A DNA stretch of 64,000 nt from Armatimonadota bacterium. GTDB lineage: Bacteria > Armatimonadota > SYMT01. Below are positions 29,925 to 38,066 of the stretch, piece by piece. The number at the start of each line of letters is the position of its first letter. Position 1 is the stretch's first letter. The stretch is from assembly GCA_041690135.1 (NCBI GenBank), contig JAWLHY010000001.1, positions 576,001 to 640,000 of the forward strand. The letters run 5' to 3'. The notes beneath the pieces are model-generated. The model was given only the letters and a program-made list of their open reading frames with translations, made no database searches and had not been told where the DNA came from. A program made the position numbers and the translations under genes.

Positions 29925-30104
29925 AATTGAGGAAAAATGCCACGGGGGCTTCCAAGCTGTGCCACCCCCACGGGCCTGCGCTACGAGAAGTCCCAAGGAA
30001 GCGGTTGCGTGGAGAGGAAGGGTTGGCGTCCGATGGGACCCGTTGTCTCGTGAAAGACCAGCCACGCTAGGGCGAAGGATCAGGCGAGGGAGTTTTCCTC
30101 AATT
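29925..30104. promoter_or_regulatory. Inverted TTTTCCTCAATT pair enclosing motif copy D, between divergent genes
   Basis: AATTGAGGAAAA 29925-29936, GATGGGACCC 30032-30041, TTTTCCTCAATT 30093-30104. Confidence 0.6.
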
Positions 30105-30125
30105 TCCCAATCCACATAGCCTTCT

Positions 30126-30911
30126 GTGGTGAGAGTCAGCGGTAAGGGCCGCTGCCGGAAGAGGGGCCGTAGCTCGTATGGGCCGCGTTCGCTGTTCCAG
30201 ACCTTCTGCGCCGTTGAGGAGAGGAGACATCCCCATGCCAGCGAACTCATCTTCATCGATCTTCGCGTCACGCCAGAGAAACCCGAGGCGTGCTACACCG
30301 TGCACCTGGTGGGCCTGCCTCACGAGTACTTCGAGCACTCCAGCCGGAAGGCCGTACCTGGACGAAGACGAGAGTACGAGACGGTGCCCTTTCCAGACGC
30401 GGCCCTCAACCCGGCCCCGACTCGCATCTGCACCGAGGATCAGCCCGAGTGGGGGTCCTGCCCCTGGTGTGCTGCTGACTACGTGACTCGGCGGGTGTTC
30501 GCGGTGAACTGTCTGGACCGGGCGGATGGCAGGCTGAAGGTGCTCCGCAAGGGCATTACCGTCTTCAAGGCGTTCGCCGAGTGGGAGAACGAGCAGGAGG
30601 AGCGGGGCAATCCACTGCCAGCTCTGGGAGGGCCTCACGCGCCTGACGTGACGATCTGCGCCCGCTATGACGTGAAGGTGGTGGGGAACGTCCGGTATGA
30701 GATCACGTTCCACTCGGCTCTGTCACTGATCACGACTGAGCATGCCGATGTGATCCGGGCTGCAGGCACTCCTACTCCAGAGGAAGCCGAAGCCATCTAC
30801 CAGGCTAATCCTGAACTCCGAGCATTCCTGGTCTGGTTCCCCAGCGGCTTCCCCTTGGAGAAGGTGTTCAAGCCGATGCCCCTTGCTTGCAGAGGAGGCC
30901 TGGAGAAGTAA
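30126..30911 (+). CDS. gp32-like ssDNA-binding protein (possible frameshift at start)
   Basis: EH...RIC...CPWC...FAVNCLDRADGRLKVL..G..VF...PDVTI...RYEI pattern; best RBS+ATG (30221/30235) is out of frame. Confidence 0.55.
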   Translation: MVRVSGKGRCRKRGRSSYGPRSLFQTFCAVEERRHPHASELIFIDLRVTPEKPEACYTVHLVGLPHEYFEHSSRKAVPGRRREYETVPFPDAALNPAPTRICTEDQPEWGSCPWCAADYVTRRVFAVNCLDRADGRLKVLRKGITVFKAFAEWENEQEERGNPLPALGGPHAPDVTICARYDVKVVGNVRYEITFHSALSLITTEHADVIRAAGTPTPEEAEAIYQANPELRAFLVWFPSGFPLEKVFKPMPLACRGGLEK

Positions 30912-31029
30912 GTCTCCAGGAGAGAGGGGATTTAACTTAGGGTGTAACGGTTGCTGAAGCCGCTGGAACACCACTGGAGAATGTGCCAGACGACCGTTGG
31001 GCAGGCAACCCAATTGGTGAGGTGAGTCT

Positions 31030-31140
31030 ATGGTGACAGTCTTGGGCCACCACGCACAAGGCGAGGATCGGTGGTATGTCGCCTACCGCCACCGCAATCC
31101 TGAAGCGCAGGCCGCCCTCATCCAGCGGGCGCAGGAGCAT
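31030..31140 (+). pseudogene. Fragment of a paralog of the SWIM protein at 19427
   Basis: AQGEDRWYVAYRHRNPEAQAALIQ vs AKGERRYYVAYQPSDPQQQQVLLQ. Confidence 0.6.
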
Positions 31141-31426
31141 CCTCGCCTGGCACTACATTGCTGCCGCTGAACTTGTGCTTCGTTTGAGTGGGGCACTCGA
31201 CCGAGTAGAGTAGCTCAGTAGTAGCCAAACGGGTGACGAAGATGAATCTCGCCTCCTGCTCGCTGACCCGCAAATCTCCTTCTTGACTGCTTATATAACA
31301 ATGAAAGAAAATCTGTGCTGGAAGGGAGCTGTACTCTCTCTTCACTGACGCCTGGTACGTCGTCCAGAGAGCTGCGTCCACGTCTGCCAGAACTTGATCA
31401 AGCGCGAGTCGCCACTTCTCATCCAT
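31118..31426 (-). pseudogene. Truncated hypothetical (nuclease-like) gene
   Basis: RVSEQEARFIF...YSVECPT...FSG, then runs antisense into the SWIM fragment. Confidence 0.45.
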
Positions 31427-31465
31427 TGAATACGATTCCCGAGCCTGGGCGCAACGTCGAGGCCC

Positions 31466-32089
31466 TCACGTCAGCCAGGCGCGAATATCCTGGAACAGCA
31501 GATCAACCTCATCGACCGAGTACGCGCTGTAACCGGGATCAGGTATTAGTACGCAGATGTGGTCCACGATGCACTTCCCGTCTAGGCAGCACAAACCGTC
31601 GAAGGCAACCCTGTTTTGGTGCAAGTAGTTGAAGAGCGCGGCGAACCTGGCCTGGTCACCGTCCTTCTTCTTGACCAGCACCCCCTCCAAGAAAACCTCG
31701 GCGAACTCGTTGAACCGCAGTACCGACTTCTGCTCAATGGCGTAGAACCGGACTCCGTTCGTGAAGCAGTAGTCAGGCGATTTGCCTCTTGATAGGCCAG
31801 GTACTGGTATACGGTAGGCGCATTGGCGTATCTGCGGTGCCTGTGCGATGAGGACCTCTGAAGCGGCCTTCATGCCCTGCTTGATGCAACCGACCAGACC
31901 TTGCTTGTCTCCTCCTCGCCTTGAGACCCCCTCTTCCCGCCGCAGAGCATCCCGGACCGCACCATAGAACGCTCTGGAATACTCCCCCGCGTTGTTACTG
32001 TTGGCTGCGGCAACAGCCTTCTCGGTCAAACCCGGCCAGGACGCAAGCGCCACTGCGCACCTCTCATTCTCGGAAGCTGCGGCATCCAC
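31466..32089 (-). CDS. Putative PD-(D/E)XK restriction-like nuclease
   Basis: KSPDYCF...YAIEQKS. Confidence 0.55.
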   Translation of the reverse strand: MDAAASENERCAVALASWPGLTEKAVAAANSNNAGEYSRAFYGAVRDALRREEGVSRRGGDKQGLVGCIKQGMKAASEVLIAQAPQIRQCAYRIPVPGLSRGKSPDYCFTNGVRFYAIEQKSVLRFNEFAEVFLEGVLVKKKDGDQARFAALFNYLHQNRVAFDGLCCLDGKCIVDHICVLIPDPGYSAYSVDEVDLLFQDIRAWLT

Positions 32090-32346
32090 ATGCCGCTTGT
32101 CTGGGAGGTGGCGGCGCTGGGGAGACCGGTCCGACCCACCCTAACCCATTCATTCACAGTAGTGTTCCATATAGAGGCGTCACCACCTTCGCTCGCTTGA
32201 TCGTCGTATGGTAGTTAAGAGAGCAAGCGTGGCCAGCGGTGGGCATCGATGCTGGCCGGGCTTAACGGGAGATAGGTATTGATGTAGAATACAGACCCTA
32301 TCTAGGCGCACGGATGGCCGACTCCTGGGCAGGCGGTAGGGAGGGG

Positions 32347-33675
32347 ATGACGGTGAGCAAGAGGATCATAGACGAGTTCTTGAGCGAGGAGGCAATGCGG
32401 CAGCGCCAGCGGATGTTTGATTTGGCGCGTCCCGCGCTCGACCTCGCCCTTCAGAACCAGCATCTCTTCGACTTGGCGCTACAGAATACGCACATCTATG
32501 ATCTCGCCCATCAGTTCCAGGTCAGTGAAGCGGCCCGGCTGGCGGACATCAGCCGTAGCGTTCTGGAGAACTCTGCCATGCAGCAAGCGATGCAGCAGTT
32601 CTCCCAGGTTGACCGCCTCGCACCGTACCGTGAGCACTTGCTTGCGCTGGATGTCTACAAGGAGAGTTTGGCCGGACGGGCAATGGTCGATCTCGCCGAG
32701 ACAGCGCGGCGCCAATGGGCCACCTGGGAGCAACTCACCCGGCCCTTCGAATCCGTTGTGGCCACCATCAAGGCAGTAGAGGTGGCGCAGTCTCAGCGGG
32801 TAATGCAGGAGGCCCTGAGGGCCTTCAGCGCACCCGCGCTGAGCGCGTTCGCACCGAGGTTGCCCGAGCTAACATCCCTGGCGGAGTCCATTAGGACACC
32901 GTGGATAGACGCCGCTAGGGTAGGACAGTCGTTTGAGGCCCTGGCAGGCTTAACGACCATCGGACGAGCGATCTCCCACCGCCCCTTTGAGCAGGACAGC
33001 AGTCGGGCGCTCCGCTCATTGTTGGGCGACTGGACGGAGGTTCGTTCCCGCCCGCGTGTGCCGCGCCGACCCGCCGCTCGTGTCGAGCTATACCGCCAGC
33101 TTGGTATGGATGCGCGGCTCGTGGATGTCCCAGACGATGCCTTTGATGAGGTTCTGGCCGTTACCGGCATCGTAGTTCCCGAGATGTTCACGCCCGCAAT
33201 TGAGGTGGTGGAGACGCCCGAAGGTGAGGACACCGAGGTAAAGCGGCGGATGCTGGCGGCGTATGACCTGCTATTCAGTCTCGAAACGGCACTCCGTGAC
33301 TACGTGCAGAAGATCATGAGCGACCGGTACGGCGCAAACTGGGAGACCCAGCGTGTGCCGGGCGCGGTTCTCAATGCCTGGCGTGAAAAGCGGAGAGCGG
33401 GGCAAGACAGGGGTGAAGGCACTTACCCGCTGGTGGCCTACGCCGACTTCAGCGACTACTTGCCCATCATTATCCGCAAGGACAACTGGAATGAAGTGTT
33501 CAGCCAGGTTTTCCAGAATCAGCCGGACCTCCAAGTGGCCTTTCAGCGGCTTCAACCGCTGCGCATCGCCACGATGCACGCGAGACCCATCACGAAGGCC
33601 GACCTGCTGCTTATCACCTCTGAGGTCCATCGCATCTTTGAGGCAATCGGTTACTTAAATAGCAGGCAGGCGTAA
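32347..33675 (+). CDS. Swt1-like HEPN domain protein
   Basis: C-term LFSLETALRDYV...ADFSDY..II..DNWNEVF...LRIATMHAR (RxxxxH); helical N-terminus. Confidence 0.8.
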   Translation: MTVSKRIIDEFLSEEAMRQRQRMFDLARPALDLALQNQHLFDLALQNTHIYDLAHQFQVSEAARLADISRSVLENSAMQQAMQQFSQVDRLAPYREHLLALDVYKESLAGRAMVDLAETARRQWATWEQLTRPFESVVATIKAVEVAQSQRVMQEALRAFSAPALSAFAPRLPELTSLAESIRTPWIDAARVGQSFEALAGLTTIGRAISHRPFEQDSSRALRSLLGDWTEVRSRPRVPRRPAARVELYRQLGMDARLVDVPDDAFDEVLAVTGIVVPEMFTPAIEVVETPEGEDTEVKRRMLAAYDLLFSLETALRDYVQKIMSDRYGANWETQRVPGAVLNAWREKRRAGQDRGEGTYPLVAYADFSDYLPIIIRKDNWNEVFSQVFQNQPDLQVAFQRLQPLRIATMHARPITKADLLLITSEVHRIFEAIGYLNSRQA

Positions 33676-33864
33676 CCCAGTGTGGGTCGGCGATGCTGCC
33701 TGCCTGACGCCGCTACGTTGCCTACGCCGCTACTGCGAGAGCCGTGTGCCGCTTCGGGCGGCATACCTCGACCCAAGCTTCCAACCATACGGGTTACTCC
33801 ACGACAAGCAGACAAACATAAGTGTGCTTCCCCGAGGCACGCTGAGCTACAATTAGGTAGTCTA

Positions 33865-33904
33865 AGGAGCCTGTCGCGGGCGTGTGTAGGAGCCTGTCGC
33901 GGGC
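33865..33904 (+). repeat. 17-bp direct repeat x2 (AGGAGCCTGTCGCGGGC)
   Basis: Copies at 33865-33881 and 33888-33904; inverted relative to tRNA sequence at 33991-34005. Confidence 0.85.
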
Positions 33905-33938
33905 AATGAGGGGCTGTAGGAAGGACTACAGATAGGCA

Positions 33939-34026
33939 CGGAGAGGGCGGGGTGAACCCGCCAAACGAGTGAAAAATGACGGTCTGTTTTCGAGACAGGC
34001 TCCTTCAACCACTCGGACACCTCTCC
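33939..34026 (-). tRNA. tRNA-Ser(CGA) with canonical 5' half and atypical 3' half
   Basis: GGAGAGGTGTCCGAGTGGTTGAAGGAGCCTGTCTCGAAAACAG; acceptor GGAGAGG/CCTCTCC+G; T loop only TTCAC and no paired variable arm. Confidence 0.8.
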
Positions 34027-34071
34027 AGGTGTCGCCCCCACAGGCAGCCAGGCCGCCCGGGAGACCCGCAG

Positions 34072-34100
34072 ATGTTAACACGCGCGGTCGGGGGTGTCAA
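34072..34100 (-). promoter_or_regulatory. Sigma70-type promoter for the tRNA
   Basis: Minus strand TTGACA-17 nt-TAACAT with TG extension. Confidence 0.75.
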
Positions 34101-34102
34101 TT

Positions 34103-34270
34103 GGGGGTTAGGGGCCAGGGGTTGGGGATTAGGGGCTCGGAAGGATGAAGGATGAAGGCGGAAGGATGAGCCCCGCCCCCGCTTCTACGCTCGTCACTGG
34201 GGCTCCCGTCCACAGTCCCACCCCAGCCCCCAACCCCTGGCCCCGCCTTCTGCCTTCATCCTTCCCATCC
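34103..34270. repeat. Degenerate heptamer repeats with downstream complements
   Basis: GGGGTTA/GGGGCCA/GGGGTTG and AAGGATG runs, followed by CCCAGCC/CCCAACC/CCTGGCC and CTTCATCC. Confidence 0.6.
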
Positions 34271-34393
34271 TGTCCATCCTGTTTCCGCCGGTTCCCCCCT
34301 TCCGCGCCCATCCGCGTGTTCCGTGGGCTATCACTTTCAGGAGGAGTGGTAGCCCGGGGAGCGGAATGGGTGGGGAGGAAGGAGGGTGCGCCG

Positions 34394-35839
34394 ATGCATT
34401 CGCGGTTCGGGATCTTGTTGGCGGCGGGTTTGTGCCTGGTGGGCGTCGCCACGGCGGGGCGGACGGCTCCGAAGCCGAAGCAGCCCAATATCGTCTTCAT
34501 CCTGGCGGACGACCTCGGTTGGAGCGACGTCGGTTACCACAGGAGCGAGATCCGGACGCCCCACATCGACCGCCTGGCCGCGGCGGGCGCGAAGCTGGAG
34601 CAGTTCTACGTGATGCCGGTCTGCACCCCCACGCGGGCCGCGCTGCTCACCGGCCGCTACCCCATGCGCTACGGGCTGCAGTCCGGGGTCTGCCGGCCGT
34701 GGTCGGACTGGGGGCTGCCGGTTACGGAGCGGACTCTCGCCCAGGAGCTGAAGGAGGCGGGTTACCGGACCGCGATAACGGGCAAGTGGCACCTGGGGTC
34801 GGTCCATCCGGCGTTCCTGCCCACGGCTCGTGGGTTCGACCACCAGCACGGCTGCTACAACGGCGCCATCGACTACTTCACCCACGACCGCGACGGCGGC
34901 CATGATTGGCACCGCAACGACCGCGCTCTCCACCAGGAGGGCTACAGCACCGACCTGATCGGGCAGGAAGCGGTCAACGTGATCGAAGGCCACTCCGGGG
35001 ATCGACCCTTTTTCCTCTATGTGCCGTTCAACGCGCCGCACTCTCCCCTCCAGGCGCCGCAGGAAGCGATTCGTCCTTACGCCGATTTGAAGCCGCCGGC
35101 GCGCCGCCGCTACGCCGCCATGGTCACCCGCATGGATGAGGCGATCGGCCGGATTGCCGAGGCGCTGGAGCGGAAGGGGCTCTCCAAGGACACCCTGCTG
35201 GTCTTCTCCAGCGACAATGGCGGGCCCCTCAACCTGGGCGCGACCAATCGCCCGCTGCGTGCCGGCAAGTTCTCCTTCTACGAGGGGGGAGTCCGCGCCG
35301 TTGCCTTCGCTACCTGGCCGGGGACTCTCCGGGCCGGAACGGTCGTGAAGGAGCCGCTGCATATGGTCGACTGGTTCCCCACGCTGCTCCGCCTGGCCGG
35401 CAAGAGCCCACAGCCGGAGGCCGGGCTCGACGGGCGGGATATGGCGTCTACTCTTCTCCGGGGCGCCAAATCCCCTCACGCCGAGATCCTGCTGAACGTG
35501 GAGCCGCACCGGGGCGCTCTGCGCCGCGGCGACTGGAAGCTGGTGGTGGAGGGCCCGCTCCCCGGCGCCTACGATTCCCAGCGAGCGCTGGCGGTGCCGC
35601 GGAAGCTGGAGCTCTATAACATCGCCCAGGACCCTACCGAGAAGACGAACCTCGCCACGAAGGAGCCACGGAAGGTCCGGGAGTTGCTCACCCACCTGAT
35701 CGGTTACGCCCGCGAGGCACTCCCACCCTTCGGCGGCAAAGGCGATGAACAACCCTCCAACTGGAAAGCGCCCCGGGTGTACGGGGAGCCGGACCCGGTC
35801 TCACCGCAAACCCAGTGCGGGTCCGAACGGGGGCGCTGA
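34394..35839 (+). CDS. Arylsulfatase (formylglycine-dependent), secreted
   Basis: Signal peptide; PNIVFILADDLG, CTPTRAALLTGR, GKWHLG, SDNGG. Confidence 0.93.
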   Translation: MHSRFGILLAAGLCLVGVATAGRTAPKPKQPNIVFILADDLGWSDVGYHRSEIRTPHIDRLAAAGAKLEQFYVMPVCTPTRAALLTGRYPMRYGLQSGVCRPWSDWGLPVTERTLAQELKEAGYRTAITGKWHLGSVHPAFLPTARGFDHQHGCYNGAIDYFTHDRDGGHDWHRNDRALHQEGYSTDLIGQEAVNVIEGHSGDRPFFLYVPFNAPHSPLQAPQEAIRPYADLKPPARRRYAAMVTRMDEAIGRIAEALERKGLSKDTLLVFSSDNGGPLNLGATNRPLRAGKFSFYEGGVRAVAFATWPGTLRAGTVVKEPLHMVDWFPTLLRLAGKSPQPEAGLDGRDMASTLLRGAKSPHAEILLNVEPHRGALRRGDWKLVVEGPLPGAYDSQRALAVPRKLELYNIAQDPTEKTNLATKEPRKVRELLTHLIGYAREALPPFGGKGDEQPSNWKAPRVYGEPDPVSPQTQCGSERGR

Positions 35840-35993
35840 GGAACGCAGAGGGCCGCAAAGGAAACGCTGTGAGGAGTGGGTAGGGCCAGGTGCCAAGCCA
35901 ATTTCTGTCGTGCCCCGGTCCCCGCGTTTCACGCTTTACACATCAAGTCAGATGCCGTTTCGCTCACTTCGCGCTGTCCTGCCCCCAGCGGTT

Positions 35994-36030
35994 CGCAATA
36001 CGCAATACGCAATACGCAACACGCAACACA
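35994..36030 (+). repeat. Heptamer tandem repeat CGCAA(T/C)A
   Basis: About five copies visible. Confidence 0.8.
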
Positions 36031-36055
36031 TCACTGCGCCCAGGAGAAAACACCC

Positions 36056-37066
36056 ATGTCCAGGTCCTATAAAGTGGCTATCGCCGGTCTCATTCATGAC
36101 CACATCTGGGGAATGCTCCGCTGGTGGAAGGAGGTGGAGGGTGCGGAACTGGTCGCCGCGGCCGACGTGAATCCGCCGTTGCTGGAGAAGATCCGCACGG
36201 AGTTCGGTGTGGAGCGCACCTACCGCTCCTACCGGGAGATGTTCGAGCGCGAGGAACTCGATATCGTCACCGTCACCGTGGATAACGCCGGGACGGCAGA
36301 CGTGGTGGAGGCGGCGGCGGCGCGGGGTCTCCACGTGATGAGTGAGAAGCCGATGGCGGCCACGCTGGACCAGGCGCGGCGGATGGCCGAAGCCTGCCGG
36401 AAGGCGAAGGTCCAGCTCATGATCAACTGGCCTACTGCGTGGAACCCGGCGATCCAGACCCTGGACCGTCTCGTCCGGGACGGCGCGATCGGGCCGGTCC
36501 ACAAGGTGAAGTACCTCGCCGCGCACCAGGGGCCGAAGGAGTACGGCTGCACCCCTTACTTCTACGAGTGGCTGTACGACGCCGACCGGAACGGCGCGGG
36601 CGCGCTGTTGGATTACTGCTGCTACGGTTCCATGATGGCCGCCCACTGGCTGGGCCGGCCGGAGAGCGTGGTCGGGATCCGGGGCACCCTGGTCAAAGAT
36701 CCGTTCCCCGTCGACGACAACGCCGTCATCCTGATGAAGTACCCGCGCGCCTTCGGCATTGCGGAAGCCTCCTGGACCCAGCAGGCGCCGGACGGCAGCG
36801 CCAACCCCAGCGTTTTCGGATCCGAGGGCACACTTTCCGTCATTGGTGGCCGGGTCCGCCTGGCGCGCCTGGGCCGAGACGTGGAGTGGATCGAGCCCGA
36901 CACCCCTTCACCCGGCCGCCGCAACGGCGCGGAGTACCTCGTCAGTTGCCTGGAAGCCGGCACCCCGGTCGAGGGGATGTGCAGCCCGGAAACCAGTCTC
37001 CTCGCCCAGGAGATCCTGGAGCGCGGCCTGGAAAGCAGTGGCTCGGGGCAGGAGGTATACCTGTGA
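36056..37066 (+). CDS. Gfo/Idh/MocA family oxidoreductase
   Basis: HVMSEKPMA, GAGALLDYCCY; AGGAG RBS before ATG 36056. Confidence 0.9.
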   Translation: MSRSYKVAIAGLIHDHIWGMLRWWKEVEGAELVAAADVNPPLLEKIRTEFGVERTYRSYREMFEREELDIVTVTVDNAGTADVVEAAAARGLHVMSEKPMAATLDQARRMAEACRKAKVQLMINWPTAWNPAIQTLDRLVRDGAIGPVHKVKYLAAHQGPKEYGCTPYFYEWLYDADRNGAGALLDYCCYGSMMAAHWLGRPESVVGIRGTLVKDPFPVDDNAVILMKYPRAFGIAEASWTQQAPDGSANPSVFGSEGTLSVIGGRVRLARLGRDVEWIEPDTPSPGRRNGAEYLVSCLEAGTPVEGMCSPETSLLAQEILERGLESSGSGQEVYL

Positions 37067-37190
37067 CCGCCGGTAGGGAGCTGAGTTGCAGGTTGGAAGG
37101 TTGAAGGTGGAAGGTTAGCCGAACCGGTGAGGGGCAGGAGGTCTACCTCTAAACCCAGATTGAGATACGGGTCGAGGGTTGGAAGGATGA

Positions 37191-37324
37191 AGCCCCTTCG
37201 GGGGGCAGCGGTGGCATAGTTTTGGGGAGGAGTCGGTGGTAGCCCCGGAGGGGCGATTGGAGAATAGCCGGGGGTGTGAACCCCCGGACCTGGTGCCTGC
37301 ACAGAAAAGCCCTGGAGGGGCGAC
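37191..37324. repeat. REP-like palindromic cluster (GCCCCGGAGGGGC / CCGGGGGTGTGAACCCCCGG)
   Basis: Reverse complement of elements at 43051 and 53491. Confidence 0.8.
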
Positions 37325-37486
37325 GGAGCAACGCGCTGTTAGGAAAACGGAACCGCTCTGTGGGGGCAGGGATTGAAGGTTGAAGGTGGCCGAATGCCGT
37401 GTGGTCGCGGTTTGTCTACACCCCCCGCGACCACACGGCAAAGGAAGTGGCGCGTATTGCTTCTCAAGCAACCTAGGAAGGCGCAG

Positions 37487-37944
37487 ATGGCGGCGATTAG
37501 CAAGTTTGAGGATATCCGGGCCTGGCAGACAGCGCGTGCTTTGAACCGGGAGATCTACCGAGTTTCACGGCGTAGGCCCTTTGCCGATGACTGGGCGCTC
37601 TGCTTGCAGATTCGGCGAGCCTCCATCTCCGTGATGTCCAATATCGCGGAGGGGTTCGAGAGCCGGACCCAGCGCCAGTTCATCGAATACCTGGCCGGGC
37701 AAAGGCTTCCTGCGGCGGAGTGCGTGCTGAACTTTACGCCGCGGTGGACGCTGAGTATATCGATGAGAAACAATTCGATGGTTTGAGTGCCCAGGCGGAG
37801 TTGTGCAGCCGGCAGATCTGCCGTTTCATTCAGTATCTGGAGACCCAGCCCGACCGTCTCCGGGTTCCCGACGGCCGTAAGGAGTACGTGGTGGACCCGG
37901 TCCCGGGACTGGCCGGCGATCCAGAGCACCCGATTGAGCTGTAA
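37487..37944 (+). pseudogene. Four helix bundle protein, frameshifted near 37693
   Basis: FEDIRAWQ...QIRRASISVMSNIAEGF...FIEYL continues in another frame as AKASCGGVRAELY; flanked by TTGAAGG and (C/T)TTCAAC heptamer runs. Confidence 0.8.
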
Positions 37945-38066
37945 CCCGGGGTTCCAACACTAGCCCTGCCTTTCGTGGGCTTCAACCTCCAACTTCCAAC
38001 GTTGAAGGTTCAACCTTCAACGTTCAACTTTTCAACTTTCAACCCAGTGGCGGGGGAAAAGAACCA

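Larger units (their letters stand above)
1..33985. mobile_element. Genomic (defence) island integrated at tRNA-Ser(CGA); left end outside window
   Basis: Dense run of nuclease/ATPase/kinase genes and pseudogenes, visibly less GC-rich than the region after 34.1 kb, ending abruptly at the anticodon arm of a tRNA gene. No integrase in the window. Confidence 0.85.

Noticed and set aside
7583-30041. Classical integron attC sites
   Set aside because: The motif lacks the RYYYAAC...GTTRRRY box structure and no IntI is visible.
33865-33904. Possible mini CRISPR array
   Set aside because: Two 17-bp units with a 6-bp gap and no cas genes; no CRISPR array was seen anywhere in the window.
34337-35752. 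471 aa minus-strand ORF
   Set aside because: Antisense shadow of the sulfatase, typical of high-GC DNA.
37487-37944. Diversity-generating retroelement (Avd)
   Set aside because: No reverse transcriptase or TR/VR pair seen.
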